In this document: positions 1 through 13,669 of the stretch, piece by piece
Numbering within the stretch: the stretch's first letter is position 1
How the letters are laid out: each line of letters starts with the position of its first letter
Program-made: the position numbers and the translations under genes
Assembly: GCA_024679065.1 (NCBI GenBank)
Contig: JAGIQG010000009.1
Coordinates: forward strand, 99,510,001-99,574,000
Origin: Sphyrna mokarran
Taxonomy: Eukaryota
Direction of reading: 5' to 3'
DNA length: 64,000 nt
The notes under the pieces: generated by a model
The model's database searches: none
Told to the model about the DNA's origin: nothing
Seen by the model: the letters and a program-made list of their open reading frames with translations, nothing else

Positions 1-62
1 AGTAACTTGATTCCTACCTAATCAGCACTCTTTTCCCAACACCTTTAAAGGGGGTATACAAA

Positions 63-290
63 ATGCCACGACACTTGGCCAAACGCGTCCACTGTGTACG
101 CTGCCATTTGTGGACCTTCTTGGAGGCATCACGTCTCCCGAAGGCCCACATATGCGCAAAATGTTTAGAATTGCAACGTTTAAGAGCTAGGGTGAGGCAG
201 CTGGAGCTGCGCTTGGAGGACATGTGTCTAGTGAGGGAAAATGAGGTTACAATGAATAGGGAAGGTAGTCCTGCGGGGACCCCAGTATGA
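63..290 (+). mobile_element. CR1 LINE ORF1 N-terminal fragment (zinc finger plus leucine zipper)
   Basis: ORF 63-290 has CxxC...CxxC (CVRC...CAKC) followed by LQRLRARVRQLELRLEDM, the typical N-terminus of CR1-clade ORF1p. It is truncated after about 280. Confidence 0.8.
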
Positions 291-498
291 GGCACTTAAA
301 TCCGCTAAACGTACCTAATTACATTACTACATTGAAATGGTTGTTTTAACATGTTACAAATGCGAAAGCTCTTAGAATGCGATGAGTTCTACGATGTTTT
401 AGCAACGCTTTGCCCTCTGTGATCAAAGTTTTCAACACCAAAACCAAAAAAGTATTTGCAACTGAAATATGCGAGATATCTGTGTCCGTCGGCATATA

Positions 499-1470
499 TT
501 AGAACATAGAACATAGAAAAAATACAGCACAAACAGGCCCATCGGCCCACAAGTTACGCCGAACATTTCTCTACCTACCCGGCTGACCTATAACCCTCTA
601 TCTTACTAAGTCCCATGTACTCATCCAGAAGTCTCTTAAAAGACCCCGTCGAATCCGCCTCCACCACGAACACCGGCAGCCGATTGTACGCACCCACCAT
701 CTACTGAGTGAAAAACAGCTCTGACAACTCCTCTATACCTATCTCCAGCACCCTAAACATGGCTCCTCTTGTGGCAGTTATTTCAGCCCGAGGAAAAAGC
801 CTATGAGAATCCATTCCATTAATACCTCTCAAAATCTTATAAACCCTATCAGGTCACCTCTCATCCTTGGTCTCTCTAAAGAGAAAATGCCGAACTCTCT
901 CAAACTATCCTCAGAAGGCATGACACTCAATCTAGGCAACATCTTTGTAGATCTCCTCTGCATCCTTTCAATGGCTTCAACATGTTTCTTGAAATGAGGC
1001 GACCAGAACTGAGCACAGTAGTCCAAGTGAGGTCTGACCAAAGTTTTATACAGCTGCAGCATTATCTTCAGATTCCTAAACTCAGTTCCTCGAATGATGA
1101 AGGCCAGTACACCATACGCCTCTTAATCACATCCTCTACCTGTGAAACCGATTTGAGAGTCCTATCAACCCGGACCCCAAGATCCTTCTGATCTTCGATA
1201 CTGCTAAGAGTCTTATTCTTAATATGATATTCCTTCATCCCATTTGACCTGCTAAAATGAACCACTTATTCGGGTTGAAGTTCATCTGCCGCTTCTCCGC
1301 CCAGTCTTGCATCCTATCTATGTCTCGTTGCAACTTCTGACATCCCTCCAAACTATCCACAACACCGCTAAATTTTGTGATATCTCCAAATTTACCAACC
1401 CATCTCTCCAATTCCTCATCCAGGTCATTTATAAAAATCACAAACAGCAAGGATCTCAGACAGATCCCAA
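499..1470 (-). mobile_element. CR1 LINE 3' fragment (RT C-terminus, 3' UTR, microsatellite tail)
   Basis: Frameshifted pieces LFVIFINDLDE/KFGDITK, LQRDIDRMQDWA, DLGVRVD, LYKTLVRPHLDYCAQFWSPH and RRMRGDLI; (TAGAACA)n tail at about 499-517. Confidence 0.93.
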
Positions 1471-2148
1471 AGATGTTGCTTAACTTCGCAGGTTCTCGGG
1501 AGCCTGAAAGTGAAATAAAAGCATGAAAAGTTTTTCATGGCCGCCATACACAGCTCGTATAAGAGCATAGTAGTTGATATTTGGTGGAATATTTATCAGT
1601 TAATGATTGTTTTGGACACATTCATGTTGCTCATTGCGAGAATAAGAATGGCCAAATCTTCCATATTTCACGGCGAAATTAAATTTCATCATCAAGAATT
1701 CCTTAATAACAGCAAGATACCGAAAGTTACAATTATTCTTTTAACTCAATTTAATTCAGAGCTGTTTCGAGTTTCATATCTGATGTAAACATGCAAAATA
1801 TGCGAATAAAACCATAGTCATTATTGCGCTGCACGTCAATCAACGACAATTTTTTTTTAAATAAATGCTTAGAGGATACCTGAAGTTGTTGTGGATTTTG
1901 ATTGTCAAAACGTACACTTCCTAATATCACCGTAGAAAACGTTTCAACTATTCTTCCAGGTAGATATCAAAATTATTGAGATAGAATTTCAGCCAGAGTT
2001 TCTGTGCTAAAGAAAAGTCTATGAAATCAGCCTTAAGTGACAGGCGGCCAAACTTCTGTTTCGACCAACGTTGTAAATGACAGTCGGTTCTTTGGCCTGT
2101 TTCAACGATTTCTCGGAACATTGAATGCACAGTGCCCAAAGTAAAATA

Positions 2149-2165
2149 TTACGCATTATTGTAAT
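2149..2165 (-). CDS. Possible alternative terminal coding exon of the micro-exon gene, (D)YNNA*
   Basis: Strong acceptor ccctacttttattccag; phase-1 reading AT TAC AAT AAT GCG TAA. Supported only by splice-site quality. Confidence 0.25.
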
Positions 2166-3059
2166 CTGGAATAAAAGTAGGGCATACTTAAGTATATCGA
2201 AAGAGATAGACATAGAAACATGGCGCATGCTTACCGCAGAAGCATCCACTTTGTTTGCAAATGCAAAATATCATGAGTACTGGATATTCAAAATGATACC
2301 CGAACGTTGTGGAAATAATCAACATAGCAGTGTGAAGAATAATATGGATTCGGCACCTAAATCTTATCTCTGTATCTCTTTAGAGATAATGCATGACTGG
2401 CGGAGAATTTCCATTTTGTTCGCTCTTTATTTGATTTCTCACACATGACACGCTCCCCGACGGGGCATTATTTGTGGCACTTTTTTTTTTAGTTTTGATT
2501 CGGCAGGGAGTAATATTTTCCATCATTTGGTTCTCTCACTTTATCGCGGTGCTTTGACAGTGAAATGCAAAAGGATTATAAATAGGAAAAATGGTACGCA
2601 CATACAGCCGGACAGTTTTATTTAATTTAGCACATTACCAGGGCAGTGGTCAGGAGACCCATTGGAAATATCACAAGACAAAGTTATTGTATTCAATTCA
2701 TGGGAGATAACCCACTGATATGCGAGGACTCTCATTTGCATTGCCGTGTATAGAATTTTGCATTCCCACTTAAGTGGAAAACTCGGATCTGAATTCAGTT
2801 TAATAAATTTAACTGCAGACAGTGAAAACGGCGCGTGACTGAAAACATATTTTACAATGGAATATTGTAGATGGCTTAAGATGATATTATAAAACTCAGT
2901 AACGATGTACTACATGGAGAATATAAAACGTTCTGAGAAATACGCATATTTTTCGCTAACTAAGCAGTTCGGGATTATATCAAATTGATAGAAATATATA
3001 TACATATATATATATCACTACAAATATTTGTGTTAGGTGATAAGATTATTTAGATTTCA

Positions 3060-6000
3060 GTAAGGGAACATGGCTACATTTTACTAATAGAGAGGTGTGA
3101 AGAGAACGAATTAGTAATAAATATCAAAATAAAGAGCATGAAGTTCCACAAGTTTATAGCAAACAAGAAAGTAGTTGTGGGAACATACGGTCTAATATTA
3201 CACTGATTGTGGAGACATAGAAATGGAATGCAAGGAAATGGAAGATATTTTGAACAAATTTCTGTATCTTTATTCATTTCAGAAGGCAGAAAATCGGATT
3301 CCAGGAATGCTACAACACCATGCGGCAAAACGGAGGGAAAACATTACATAATAACTTTTAATAAAGAGAAATAGTTGGGAAAATATGGAATCTCGCATTG
3401 ACCAGTCGTTAGTCTTTCATGGCCAGCATTTTATGTTCTTTAATAATTGGCCCAGAGATTACGATGTTTGCAATTTTTTAACATCCGAGATTGCAGAAAA
3501 GCATGGAGGACTGGGACACTTCAAACATAATATTTATATTTACCAAAGGAGGCAATCAGAAAGCAGGGGCTACAGGCTAGAGGCAAGTTAGCCTAACAGA
3601 AGAAAGTAAGAATTTAAGAACATAATAAACAAAGGACAGGAAAGGAGTAGACCAGTGATCAGTTCTGTCATTCCATTGCATCGTGGCCGATCATTTACAA
3701 CAAGAGCATTTCCATGCACGATCCCGTTGGTCTTGATTTTTTAAAAAAAATCTATCTTAGTCTTGATTCAATTCAACAAATGAGTTTCCTAACACTTTGT
3801 GGCATAGACACTTTATGTACATATTTTCTTAGGTAACGTGACGAAAACTAAACCCAATTTTTCAGGTTCTTATCTAATTTCAGTTGTACGATTGACTTAT
3901 ATATCTCTTGTGATATAGGGCAACATAAAGTTTGTCTTAGTATCTGATTTCTATATCTGTATGTTGTTACTAGTTCGTGTCGGACGATCAAGAAACTCAA
4001 ATCACTTTGAACTTTAATGCTTCTCAACTTCCCATACATAAGAAACGCTCCGGTGTTTTCAGTTTTTTTATTGGCAACATGATAAACCTTATATTTCTCC
4101 ACATTAAAATCCGTCTCCCAAATTTGTACCTACCAGTTTAACCTCTCTACATATCATCGATGAGATTTGGCATTCTCCGCGCAATTCATATCTAGTTTTG
4201 TGCTATCTGCAATCTGATAAATGCTATATTTAATTTCGATGCCCAAAACAATTATATTAATGGTGAATACGTGAGTTCTGACATTTTTATTTGCAGTAAC
4301 GGACCAGTTACAACCGACAAACGTGGAAGTGACGTAGATATTTCATCTCTCCGGTTCCTGTCCTTAAACCTGTTCTCAATCCATACCACTACATTCACCC
4401 AATTGCATGTACTTTAATTTTGTTTACCTAAATCCTGCCTGGGACAAAATCAAAAACTCTGAAAATATAAACACGTAATACCACATTCGTTCTGACTTAT
4501 CATTCGCTATTTATATCTGAAAGAAATGCCGAGACGTTTGTCAAACATGATTTCCCTTTTATGAATGTATATTGAGTCAGTCCGATCATATCTTTATTTT
4601 AGACATGTTCTGAAAATTTTTCCTTCCTGCAGGCTACCCAATTTGCAGTTCCCAGTTTATACTCTTCCTCATATTTAAAATAATGAGGATACGATTTCCA
4701 GCTTCCTATCAGCAGGAACGATTGTTCAATCCATAGAATTCTGGAAGATAGTTACCTATTTCTACATCCCCCTTTTAAATATATATTCCTGGATGTGGAC
4801 AAAATAGTGCAGATATTATATCGAATTTTGGACAATGCAACCATAAAACATGACTCGGCCGTTTGTCCCTTGCGCTTTCTCCAAATGTTAATAATATCAA
4901 AACTGACCCAACATTTCTCAAGTCCATTTCCTTGTCCTTGCTTTGGAATCCTTGACTTGCTTACTACTCAAAAATCTTTCTCTCTATACACTATGTACAT
5001 TAGCTGTGCCTCCAAACCTTTCTGTGGTAGTGAAGTTTGAAGACTCAAATAGCTCTGGGAGAGAAATCCCCTCACATCTTAAATTTGTGCCCCGTTGTTC
5101 TGAGATTATGTTACCTGGTCTTCGACTCTCCAATGCCTGGAAACATCCTCTCAGCATTCACTGTTTCAAGCCCTTTAAGCATTCTGCACGTTTGAATAGA
5201 TCCACCCCCTTTCTTCTACATTCTAAGAAGAGATTTCCCAATCTGTTTTACCTTTTCTCATGAGACAAAATCTCTATACCGGGAATCATTCAAATTGACA
5301 TTTTCTTAACTGCCTAAAATAAAGTAATATCATTCCTTAAATAATCGCACCGAAAAGAATTCATTTAGCTCCAGATGTGGTTTCACCAGTACCTTGCACA
5401 GTTGCAGCAGCTCTTCCTTAGCCTTCCACTCAACTGCACGATTTGAGGCATTATTCTACTCAGTTTCTTAACTACTTGCTGTACTGTGCGCAAGATGTTT
5501 TTGTTTTGCTTTGTACACCACTATTCCCAGAATTCTGTGCATTTAATTGGTCTGCATCTTTGTTCTCCGTTTTAATAAGGTTTTGTTCTTTTGTTCTCCA
5601 TTCCAAATTGAATAACTTCAAACTTTCGCAAATTATACTCAATTTGTCAACATTTTACTCAGTTATTGATCCTGTTGATGCATTTGTAAACTGTTTGTAT
5701 CCTCTCACAACTTGCCATTCCAGCTTTTCCTTTCGCCTACAAAATTGGCAGCAGTACATTCATTTCCATCGCTCCTTAATTCAAATTTCTCTTACATCTG
5801 TGGAATTTGAGTATCCACTCGCATCAATCAGAAATCATGAACATTGTTATATAGAAATTAGTCCAGAAGAATGATGGAATCTTGTGGCTTGTTCTAAAAC
5901 AGCCAGAATGTGAATTAGGTATGTCATCCTATAACTGTACTAGGTATGTTTGAGATCACATCTAGAGTTTTCTTTTATTCTCTTTTCTTAAGAAGGAAAT

Positions 6001-6290
6001 CCTTATTTTTGCTTCAGTTCAGATATCTTTCACTAATTCGTTTCTGGGATTAAATCCTTGCTTTACGTGGATAGATTGAGCATTTTTTTTTACTGTACTC
6101 ACTGAACGTTAAAATAGTCAGATCTTTTTATTGAAAAATGTAAGGCTGTATCTGTTCCTGACGAAAATATTCTGACAGTACGTTTTCCATTGTGGGATTC
6201 TAGATCTCAGGGGTACATTTTCAAATAAACGTACTCTCCTTTAAGAGAGGGAGGATGAATTTCTTTGCTCAGGGGTCCATTGTTGTTCGA
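3060..6290. mobile_element. Cluster of old, degenerate CR1 fragments in both orientations
   Basis: Recognisable decayed RT-linker (3060-3600, +), 3' ends and RT pieces (3600-5800, -; 5880-6290, +). ORF 3848-4102 shows KYKVYH...SDLSFL RT-tail remnants. Confidence 0.7.
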
Positions 6291-6384
6291 ATTATCTTTG
6301 ATACGTGTGATGGAACATTGAACAATGGTCGGAACCCAGAGCCCTATAATTCAGAATCCAGGATACTGTAAATAGATATATCAC

Positions 6385-6405
6385 CTTCTGACGAAGGGAA
6401 GAGAC
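6385..6405 (-). CDS. Candidate 21-nt micro-exon, (G)LFPSSE in phase 1 (VSSLRQK in phase 0)
   Basis: attcccttttgcag|GTCTCTTCCCTTCGTCAGAAG|gtgata; 21 nt and open in both frames. Confidence 0.4.
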
Positions 6406-7439
6406 CTGCAAAAGGGAATATGACCTGCATAATAACTGTAAGAAATTGGCAGTATTTTTTATCTCATATAATTGCACGATATAATTAAGACAATTGACAT
6501 ATGAACTTTGCAATAAAGACATAATGTCTAACTTTAAAGATTTTGCTTTCAACATCATTGGCGATGAAAAACAACAAATAAACTCACAAAAATCCCTGAC
6601 CTTCAACTGCCACATTAAATGAAATGTTAGCAAAACATAGTTATTACTTTATCATGTATTTTATCGAGCATAGAATTTTGAGAAGAGCCATTGGACTAAA
6701 CTAATTTGGATATTTCATCAGGTTTTTGTGTATTATGACATAACTTCTGACCTATTCATTGACATTCACTGATCTATTCATCGATGCAACACATTTTTAA
6801 TTATATCGGCGAAAATTAAACATTGCCATCTATCATTCTATGGTACCTAAACACTACGTCCTGTTTAACTTCCCGCCGAGGTATACCCTTCTTACCCATC
6901 AGTTCCTTACTGAGTTCCAGTTAGATAAGATTTCGGCAGCATCACTGACGGTTGCATCTTCGATCGTTCCTACCCTTCTTCCAAGAAAGCTGGTAATAAG
7001 TTAATTGCTGCAGTGTTTATGTTACACAATTAAGAATGTTTATTCTCTGAGTTTATATAATTATTTTGCCGAACTTTTATTACTTTTCTCTCGCGTTTCA
7101 ATAATAACCTTACACATAGCTAATGCAAGTGGCATGAAAATAGAGGTTTCACTGAATATAGCTGCACGTTTGTTTTAATTACAATCTAAAAGCAAAAGGA
7201 AACAGGGAAAGCATTGTTCGGTGATGCCCTCTTCTTTGATTTTTGGAATAAAGGAAAATAGGGGAAAATTGCAGGGCAATTGTATTAAGGCAACAGCAAA
7301 CAATGTTTAGATTTTCAATGCATGATTTGTCTACTACAGACAGGAATATAAAAAAAAAACTTTTATCGACGTAATGCGAATATAGTTTATAATTTTGTGA
7401 AATAAACGCCTTGTCCACTATTTTTGAGTGTTAAATCAA

Positions 7440-7445
7440 TTTATT
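7440..7445 (-). terminator. Candidate polyadenylation signal AATAAA
   Basis: TTTATT on the + strand, about 130 nt downstream of the candidate stop at 7576-7578. The motif is common in AT-rich DNA. Confidence 0.3.
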
Positions 7446-7575
7446 GTACTATTGTTCTGAGAAAAGCCAAGTTAGTAATTGAATTCTACAAATTGAACTG
7501 ATGGTAAGAATAGAACTTTAGCTTGCAGGTCTGCGTCGGAAGGTACGACCTCTTCAAGGGAATGGCTATGAAGAC

Positions 7576-7589
7576 TTAGAAGCTGATTC
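7576..7589 (-). CDS. Candidate terminal coding exon (G)ISF* of the micro-exon gene
   Basis: Strong acceptor gtgttttgtttttgcag|GA ATC AGC TTC TAA; phase 1 matches the preceding exon; AATAAA downstream. Confidence 0.45.
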
Positions 7590-8179
7590 CTGCAAAAACA
7601 AAACACATTAAAATGCGAATGAACAATGGTGCGATTATTTGACTTCATTTCCTAAGCATTAAACATTTGTGTTTAAGAACAAATGATTCACTGGGAAGGC
7701 TAGTTACAGTTAGCTAACGATTCGAAGGAGAACATCGTAGGATAAACGTTGTCCCAGATGATGGGGATGCATAACATAACATCCTCATTAATGATGGGGT
7801 AGTTGATTGTTGACGGTGGGAGAGGATGTCGAGTGAACATATGGTTTTGTTTCATTTAACAGTGCCGCATTAAGCAGAGCGAATGTCCTGTTTAGTTTAC
7901 GAATATGATAATATCTACCACGACTAGAGAGATAAGCAACAAGAAGGATCAGGCTCTATAGTCAGAATTTAAGGAGTTAGCTATGCACTTAAAAATACTT
8001 ACAGTCAGCATATTATTCCCAGTGTCAATTACAAATCCGTCGAAAAGTAAAACGATTATGTAACTCAAAGAGTAACTGAAAATAAGTGGAGGAGGGAATA
8101 TTTCGAACGTTGGAAAATTGCCCGCGGTTTTTGGTGAGGCCAAATAGTTTGCATACGATCTCCTTCGCAATTTAGCAGC

Positions 8180-10360
8180 GTATGTGGGAACGAGGCGGAA
8201 GTATCAGGGAGGGACATCAAGATATCAAATCCTTGCACAAATAGGTGGTGCTGGAGTAGTGTGAATTCTTAAAAGGATTAAAGTAGAGCAGAAATGAATA
8301 AATTATATATCCCATAAAATTAAATGCATGTGAATAGCGCGTAGTTGGTTTGTTGGTTTAGAAACATTTTGACACGAGGCATTATTCTGTTCTTCCTGTT
8401 TAGAGAACTGACCAAAGAACGGAAGGTTCGGGTTTCATATATTTTTGGTTGTAAGGTGTTCAGGAAACACATAACAGTAAGAAAAAAAAAGGAACAATGA
8501 TTAAGGAGAACATATCAGGCATGGAGGAAGATGATGTTCAGAAGTGCTCAAGGAAAATTATACTTGGGTAGAGCTAAGCAAGAAGAAAGTTATACTTAAT
8601 GCTCCACGTAATCTTTATACCACTAACTGATGAGATTCACACAGTGGAACTAATTCACAAGGCCATTATAAGACTTATTGAAAACTTTGATAATAGTTAT
8701 AATGAGGGGCTGAATTATCCGCTGGTTGATTGGGATAGTAATATTGGAAAGGCCAGAAAGTGTCAAAGGTTTGTGGAGTGTTTTCTGGAAAATTTTCGGC
8801 AGCGGTATGCTTTCAGTCCAATGAGGAAGGAGGCACTTGTCCACGCGGCTGCTGAGAATTAGTTGGGCCAAATGGTTCAAATGTGAGGAGAAGAGCATTT
8901 AGGGGACAGTGACAATTCTGTCGTATTATTTTGGCTATATGATCTGCAAGGACAATAATAACATAAATATCAAGTTGAACATTCACTTAAAGATTTATAA
9001 AAGCTGGCTTAAAATTGGTAAATTTTCACCGTTAGATAAGTTGTTATTATTTAAAGTTGGTCAGGTATCAGCAACATGTAATGCATCTGAGGAAACTGGA
9101 AAAGAAAACTAGAAATTCCGAGTCATTGTTCAGTTTATTTAGCGTCACGAATGCTAGGGCAACTGGTCAACGAAAACATTCACTCTTGCTTAAAGCGATT
9201 GTAATCATAATTCAACAACTGCAGACTTGTCTATTCAAATTCGGTGGTGCGAACGTTCGGCATCAATACGACTGCACAGAATTAATAACTCATGTAGCCA
9301 AATACGTATAAATCAAGGAAATCGAACACTGATTTGTTAACGGAAGATAGTGTTTACTTTGAATTAATTGAGTGCTTGTGAGGAGGTAGGCTGGGACGTT
9401 GATGACTATTAGTTGTAAGAGACGCATGAAATTGAAAGATGCATTTGGAAGATTGCCGCACAACAGATTTAGCAACATTTCTTATAGACAAGAACAGATA
9501 GCGGTAATGCGTTGGTATACAGGCGGAATGATAGGATTCGAATGTGAAAAAAAACATTTTTTTCGGGCTGGAAAATCGTTTCGACTCGATTTCCAAGACT
9601 AATCTTCGGGTTCCTTTGGGTTGGTAACTTTCTGGACGTTTTTCTTCCTCCTAAATATTAATTCTGCATGTATATGTGAACATAACGTGTACAGAAATAC
9701 AAACCTGAGAGTATTATGAAAGGAGAGGAGGATAGAATAATTAAAATGCAATAGAATAGTTGGAGCATTTGAGTGGCAGATGCAGTTCAATGCAGAAAGA
9801 AGTGAAGAGATTAGCTTTGTTTAGACGAATATAGCAAAAGAGTATAAACAAAAATGAACAGATCTAAAGAGGTGGTACCATGGCGGGATTTATGCGTATA
9901 TGCAAAAAATCACTGAAGATGTCATGAAGTACTCATAGAGCAATAAATCATACATCACGCAATGCTTCACTAACAGGGGAATATAGTACAAGAGCAAGGA
10001 TGCGATGTAGATCTTGCATAATCAGCTGTAGGGCTTCAGCTGGACATAGTATCTTGTTTTGACGCGACATGTTAGGGAACGTATGAAGACATAATTGAAA
10101 ATGCAGAGAAAATTCAAGAAAATGAATCTAGTGTTGAGAAAATTTTGTTACAAAGAAGAATTTCTGAATTCGGGGCTGCAAAGCGCATGCTGTGGAAAGT
10201 TGAATAAAACAAAAATCAAAGGGGAAGTGTACTGACATCTGAAAGTGAAGATGGTTCGAGATTATGCGGAAAAGGTGGGAAGAAGTGGATCATGTAAGCT
10301 GATCATTCCGAGAGCTGGTAGGTGAAATGGTTTCATTATAACCTACAATAATTCTGCTAA
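8180..10360 (+). mobile_element. Old CR1 fragments (endonuclease region about 8180-9040; RT tail and 3' UTR about 9690-10360)
   Basis: Decayed EN motifs in ORF 8599-8862 (GLNYPLVDW, FVECFLENFRQRY, HLGDSD) and the WQMQFNAE RT-tail motif near 9770. Confidence 0.7.
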
Positions 10361-10582
10361 GATGCTGTACACCCAAAAACAAAGTGATGGACATTTATTC
10401 TAGATCCCAGTCTAGAAAATACCCCACGGACATTATGCGAACCGTGTTTATGTTCGCTCAGGATATGTTGAGAGCCATGATTTTTATTTTAAATCAAAAC
10501 ATTAAAAAAGAGTCATTATCACAATGCTAACTTCTAAATCGAACAGCACCTATTCAAACAGAATTCTCACGAATATCCTCAC

Positions 10583-10618
10583 CCGCTCCCTTCAGTTGTG
10601 CTTGCAGTTTTCCAATTT
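10583..10618 (-). CDS. 36-nt phase 1-1 micro-exon (E)IGKLQAQLKGA
   Basis: ttattcatacctgatttcag|AAATTGGAAAACTGCAAGCACAACTGAAGGGAGCGG|gtgagg; clear paralogue of exon 45366-45401 with the same length, phase and donor. Confidence 0.85.
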
Positions 10619-11429
10619 CTGAAATCAGGTATGAATAAGAACGTGAGTTTCGTGCACTGCAAGGTTGTACACATAGCAATTTGAAAGTAATTGTTTCCAC
10701 CGGGATGCATTGAACGTTCATTGATTTAAGCAGTTAACCAAATTGGAGTTTGGCTGATTTATGTATTTCCAAATAGAATCAGGATGAGCAAAAAGATTAC
10801 ATCAAATTTCCTTCTGACAGTCAGGGCAAAAAACTAAGGAGAAATCTATATCCCTTTTTGTCGAATAATTGGAGTGTCGAAATGCAAATTGTTTATGCTC
10901 CAAACAATGTAGCAGATATCATTTTTTAACATCGTTTTCATAATAAATTAACATTTATGTCAATGGATATTAAGTTGGATTGTTTTTGGAACTGATTGTG
11001 CAAATTAGCAATGTGTAAACATTAGTTTAAATTTTCATTACGGAGGGAAATTGATGCTAAAAAATTAGCCGCACATTAATCAAACAGGACTTGTTTGCAA
11101 TTGATCTCTAGATGTGGAAGCCCGACATCATATTTAACATGGCACCTTTTCAACATCATACGTTTTGCAGTGTTGCTCAAACGAAGTTCTGCATTTTATA
11201 TATTGTCTGCCAATTTTGCAGCATCAACTTTTGTTTTCATAAACTTGCATACTAATTGGGAATGCGCTGAAAATTCTTTATCACCAATTTAAACAAAACT
11301 CTAGAGAATATATTAAAATGTGAAAAACAGTGTGAAAGCATCTCTATTATCCAAAATCTGCACCGCATAATATATAACATTAAAGCAGAAAGTTTCTGGC
11401 ACCCTTTATTGCCAAGACTTTGTCGACTG

Positions 11430-11710
11430 TTGGGAAACGTCATCGAATCATATAATCGCACCAGTGGAGAAGGAGGCGATTTGGCATGTCTAGTCTGTGC
11501 CGACTCTCTACAGATCACATTACCAAGCCCTAACCCACGGATTTAACCCGCTAATGTCCCTAAACTACAGATCTTTGATCTGCAGAAGCAACGGGACACG
11601 CATGCACATTCGGACGGAACATGCAAACCCCACTCAGAAAGTCAATAAGGCCGCAATAGAACATGTTCCCTTGGTGCTGTGAGGCAACAGTTTTAATCAC
11701 TGTGCTCAAG
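11430..11710 (-). mobile_element. tRNA-derived SINE (HE1-like)
   Basis: Reverse complement begins gcacagtgattaaaactgttgcctcacagcaccaaggga...gtttgcatgtt, matching the SINE copies at 25853 and 36270. Confidence 0.75.
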
Positions 11711-12638
11711 CAGTAAATTTCCAAGAAAATGATCGGATTAATCCACTCAAGTGACGTAGATTTTATAACGACATGGCACTTCGCAATTGCTGCTTCAGCA
11801 CTGAAGGCTTGCCTTTTAGAAATGTGATGTTTTGTTCCATGAACTTGCACAATGATGACAAATTAAAACGAAGCTTAAATTTTCCTCTACATTTTCTTTC
11901 AACTATCGCTACACCCTCCCGTCCTCTTTTGTGGGTGTTTTCAATATTTTAAATTTCTGGTTTAGCACTTTACTCGACTGAGTTACGATTTCTCAGTGTA
12001 ATTCCTTCCAGAGTTGCGTCTTTTGCTCACAAGGCCTTGAGATGTCCGAAATAACTGTCCAGTCACAACTTATTTTGGCAGACATAGCGGAGGGGCTGTG
12101 GGTGAGAATGGATCTGTGTCGCTGGCGGTGTCCCTTCACTGCTTGAAGCATAATTTAGCCTATTAAGTCATCGTAGCTTGATTTCATGACCCTAATATTT
12201 AAATAATATGAAATGAGTGAAGTGCCGCAGTGAAAGCATGCAGATAGTTGACGTTATCCCAAAATTAGTGCATATAGAAAATCAAATAGGTGGGTAAAAA
12301 AATCTCGACAGTTACATATTTCAAGTTCTCTTTTATTTCTATTGGATATACTATAAATAGCTTAAGCATAACATTCTCCCTGACCTTGACCTCCAAACTC
12401 TATATGTGCTACCTATGGTAATCACATACTTTATTATTCGTCATAGTTTAAAGCAATTTTATGATTTATGTTGTTACTAAGATTTGCGAATGGTGGCATT
12501 AAAAAAAGTCACGATCTGGTAATTAGATGGGAACGTATTATAGTGATCACTGGCCAACAATTGCAAATATATGGTTAGATGTGGAATATGTGAATGATTA
12601 GAACAATATTAGAACAATAAATATTAATTATCAATTAC

Positions 12639-12665
12639 CAATATCTTTCACAAGCAGTTGTCTCA
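12639..12665 (-). CDS. 27-nt phase 1-1 micro-exon xRQLLVKDI
   Basis: tgacttttattacag|TGAGACAACTGCTTGTGAAAGATATTG|gtaatt; 23/27 identical to exon 63120-63146 with conserved splice sites. Confidence 0.85.
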
Positions 12666-13669
12666 CTGTAATAAAAGTCATACCGTTATCATACAAGCCA
12701 TTGTTGGCATTCTACAAAAACAGTATAAGAATACATGAAGTAGAATATATGAAAAGAATGATTTTAGAATTTAGCATCCACAATGCCATTTTCTAAACTT
12801 GCAATTTGAAGTATATTACGATTTTGATTTCGGTGGACAAGCTTTAGGAGAAAACAATCTGGAAATTACTGTGTGGAATTCTTTCGAACAGCGCATATTG
12901 TCAGGAGTAACTGCAAAGGTCTTACGAACTGTTACCACAATTTCTCTATATGCCAATGTTTTGCTGCTGGAAATGTCATCGGGCCGATGTTCGTCTTCTA
13001 TTATCTGGCACAGAACACTCTGAAGAGGAGACCCTTGTTGCAAATGATTGGCATTTTGTTCGAAAAGTCTCGTTGGTGGGAACAGTAAAGATGTAAGAAA
13101 ATAAAATCCCAACAGACCTATACAAAATAACTGCCTCATATTTAATGCAGAAACAGTTATATTCGTTTATAGCCTTAATTTTTAAAAATAGCTTTTATGT
13201 TACACGAATCACATGATTTAATCTTTCTGATGTTCTGCCAATTTCCTGAATTTGTTACTTTTTCATTGTGAAAGGATGAGCAAATCATGTGTAAATGCTC
13301 AGCTTGAATAACACCAGATTTCTAATTGTAATAAACCTGACTTAAAAAAAACTTGCAAGTGTAGCTGCCATCTTTCACGTATGGAATTTCAATTAATATT
13401 CCTATATCTGATAATGCACAAAGGTATTTCCCAGGTTCTGCGTTGTCAGTGGAGCATCGATGCATGAGGTACTTGATCCTAAAAAGTGGCACTTGATCGT
13501 AGTACTCAAAGCCATCCATCCTTGTCATTTGATTGCTTAAAAACAAACACCTGGTTTCAAATCATACTCTGCTTGTATGAGGGCCTTGGAAAATCCCACT
13601 AATTAAAGTTCCAAATTCAGCTGATTTTAGCTGAGATCCTTGTAATCACTTCTATGATGCCAATTTAGA

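Noticed and set aside
10608-10628. Plus-strand 21-nt exon-like segment (ttgcag|...|gtatga)
   Set aside because: It overlaps the minus-strand exon 10583-10618, which has paralogue support.
13322-13546. ORF resembling a TNF-family strand (KDGSY...SQVYY) or a cystatin exon
   Set aside because: Motif spacing is wrong, there are no partner exons, and it would need a GC donor; unsupported.
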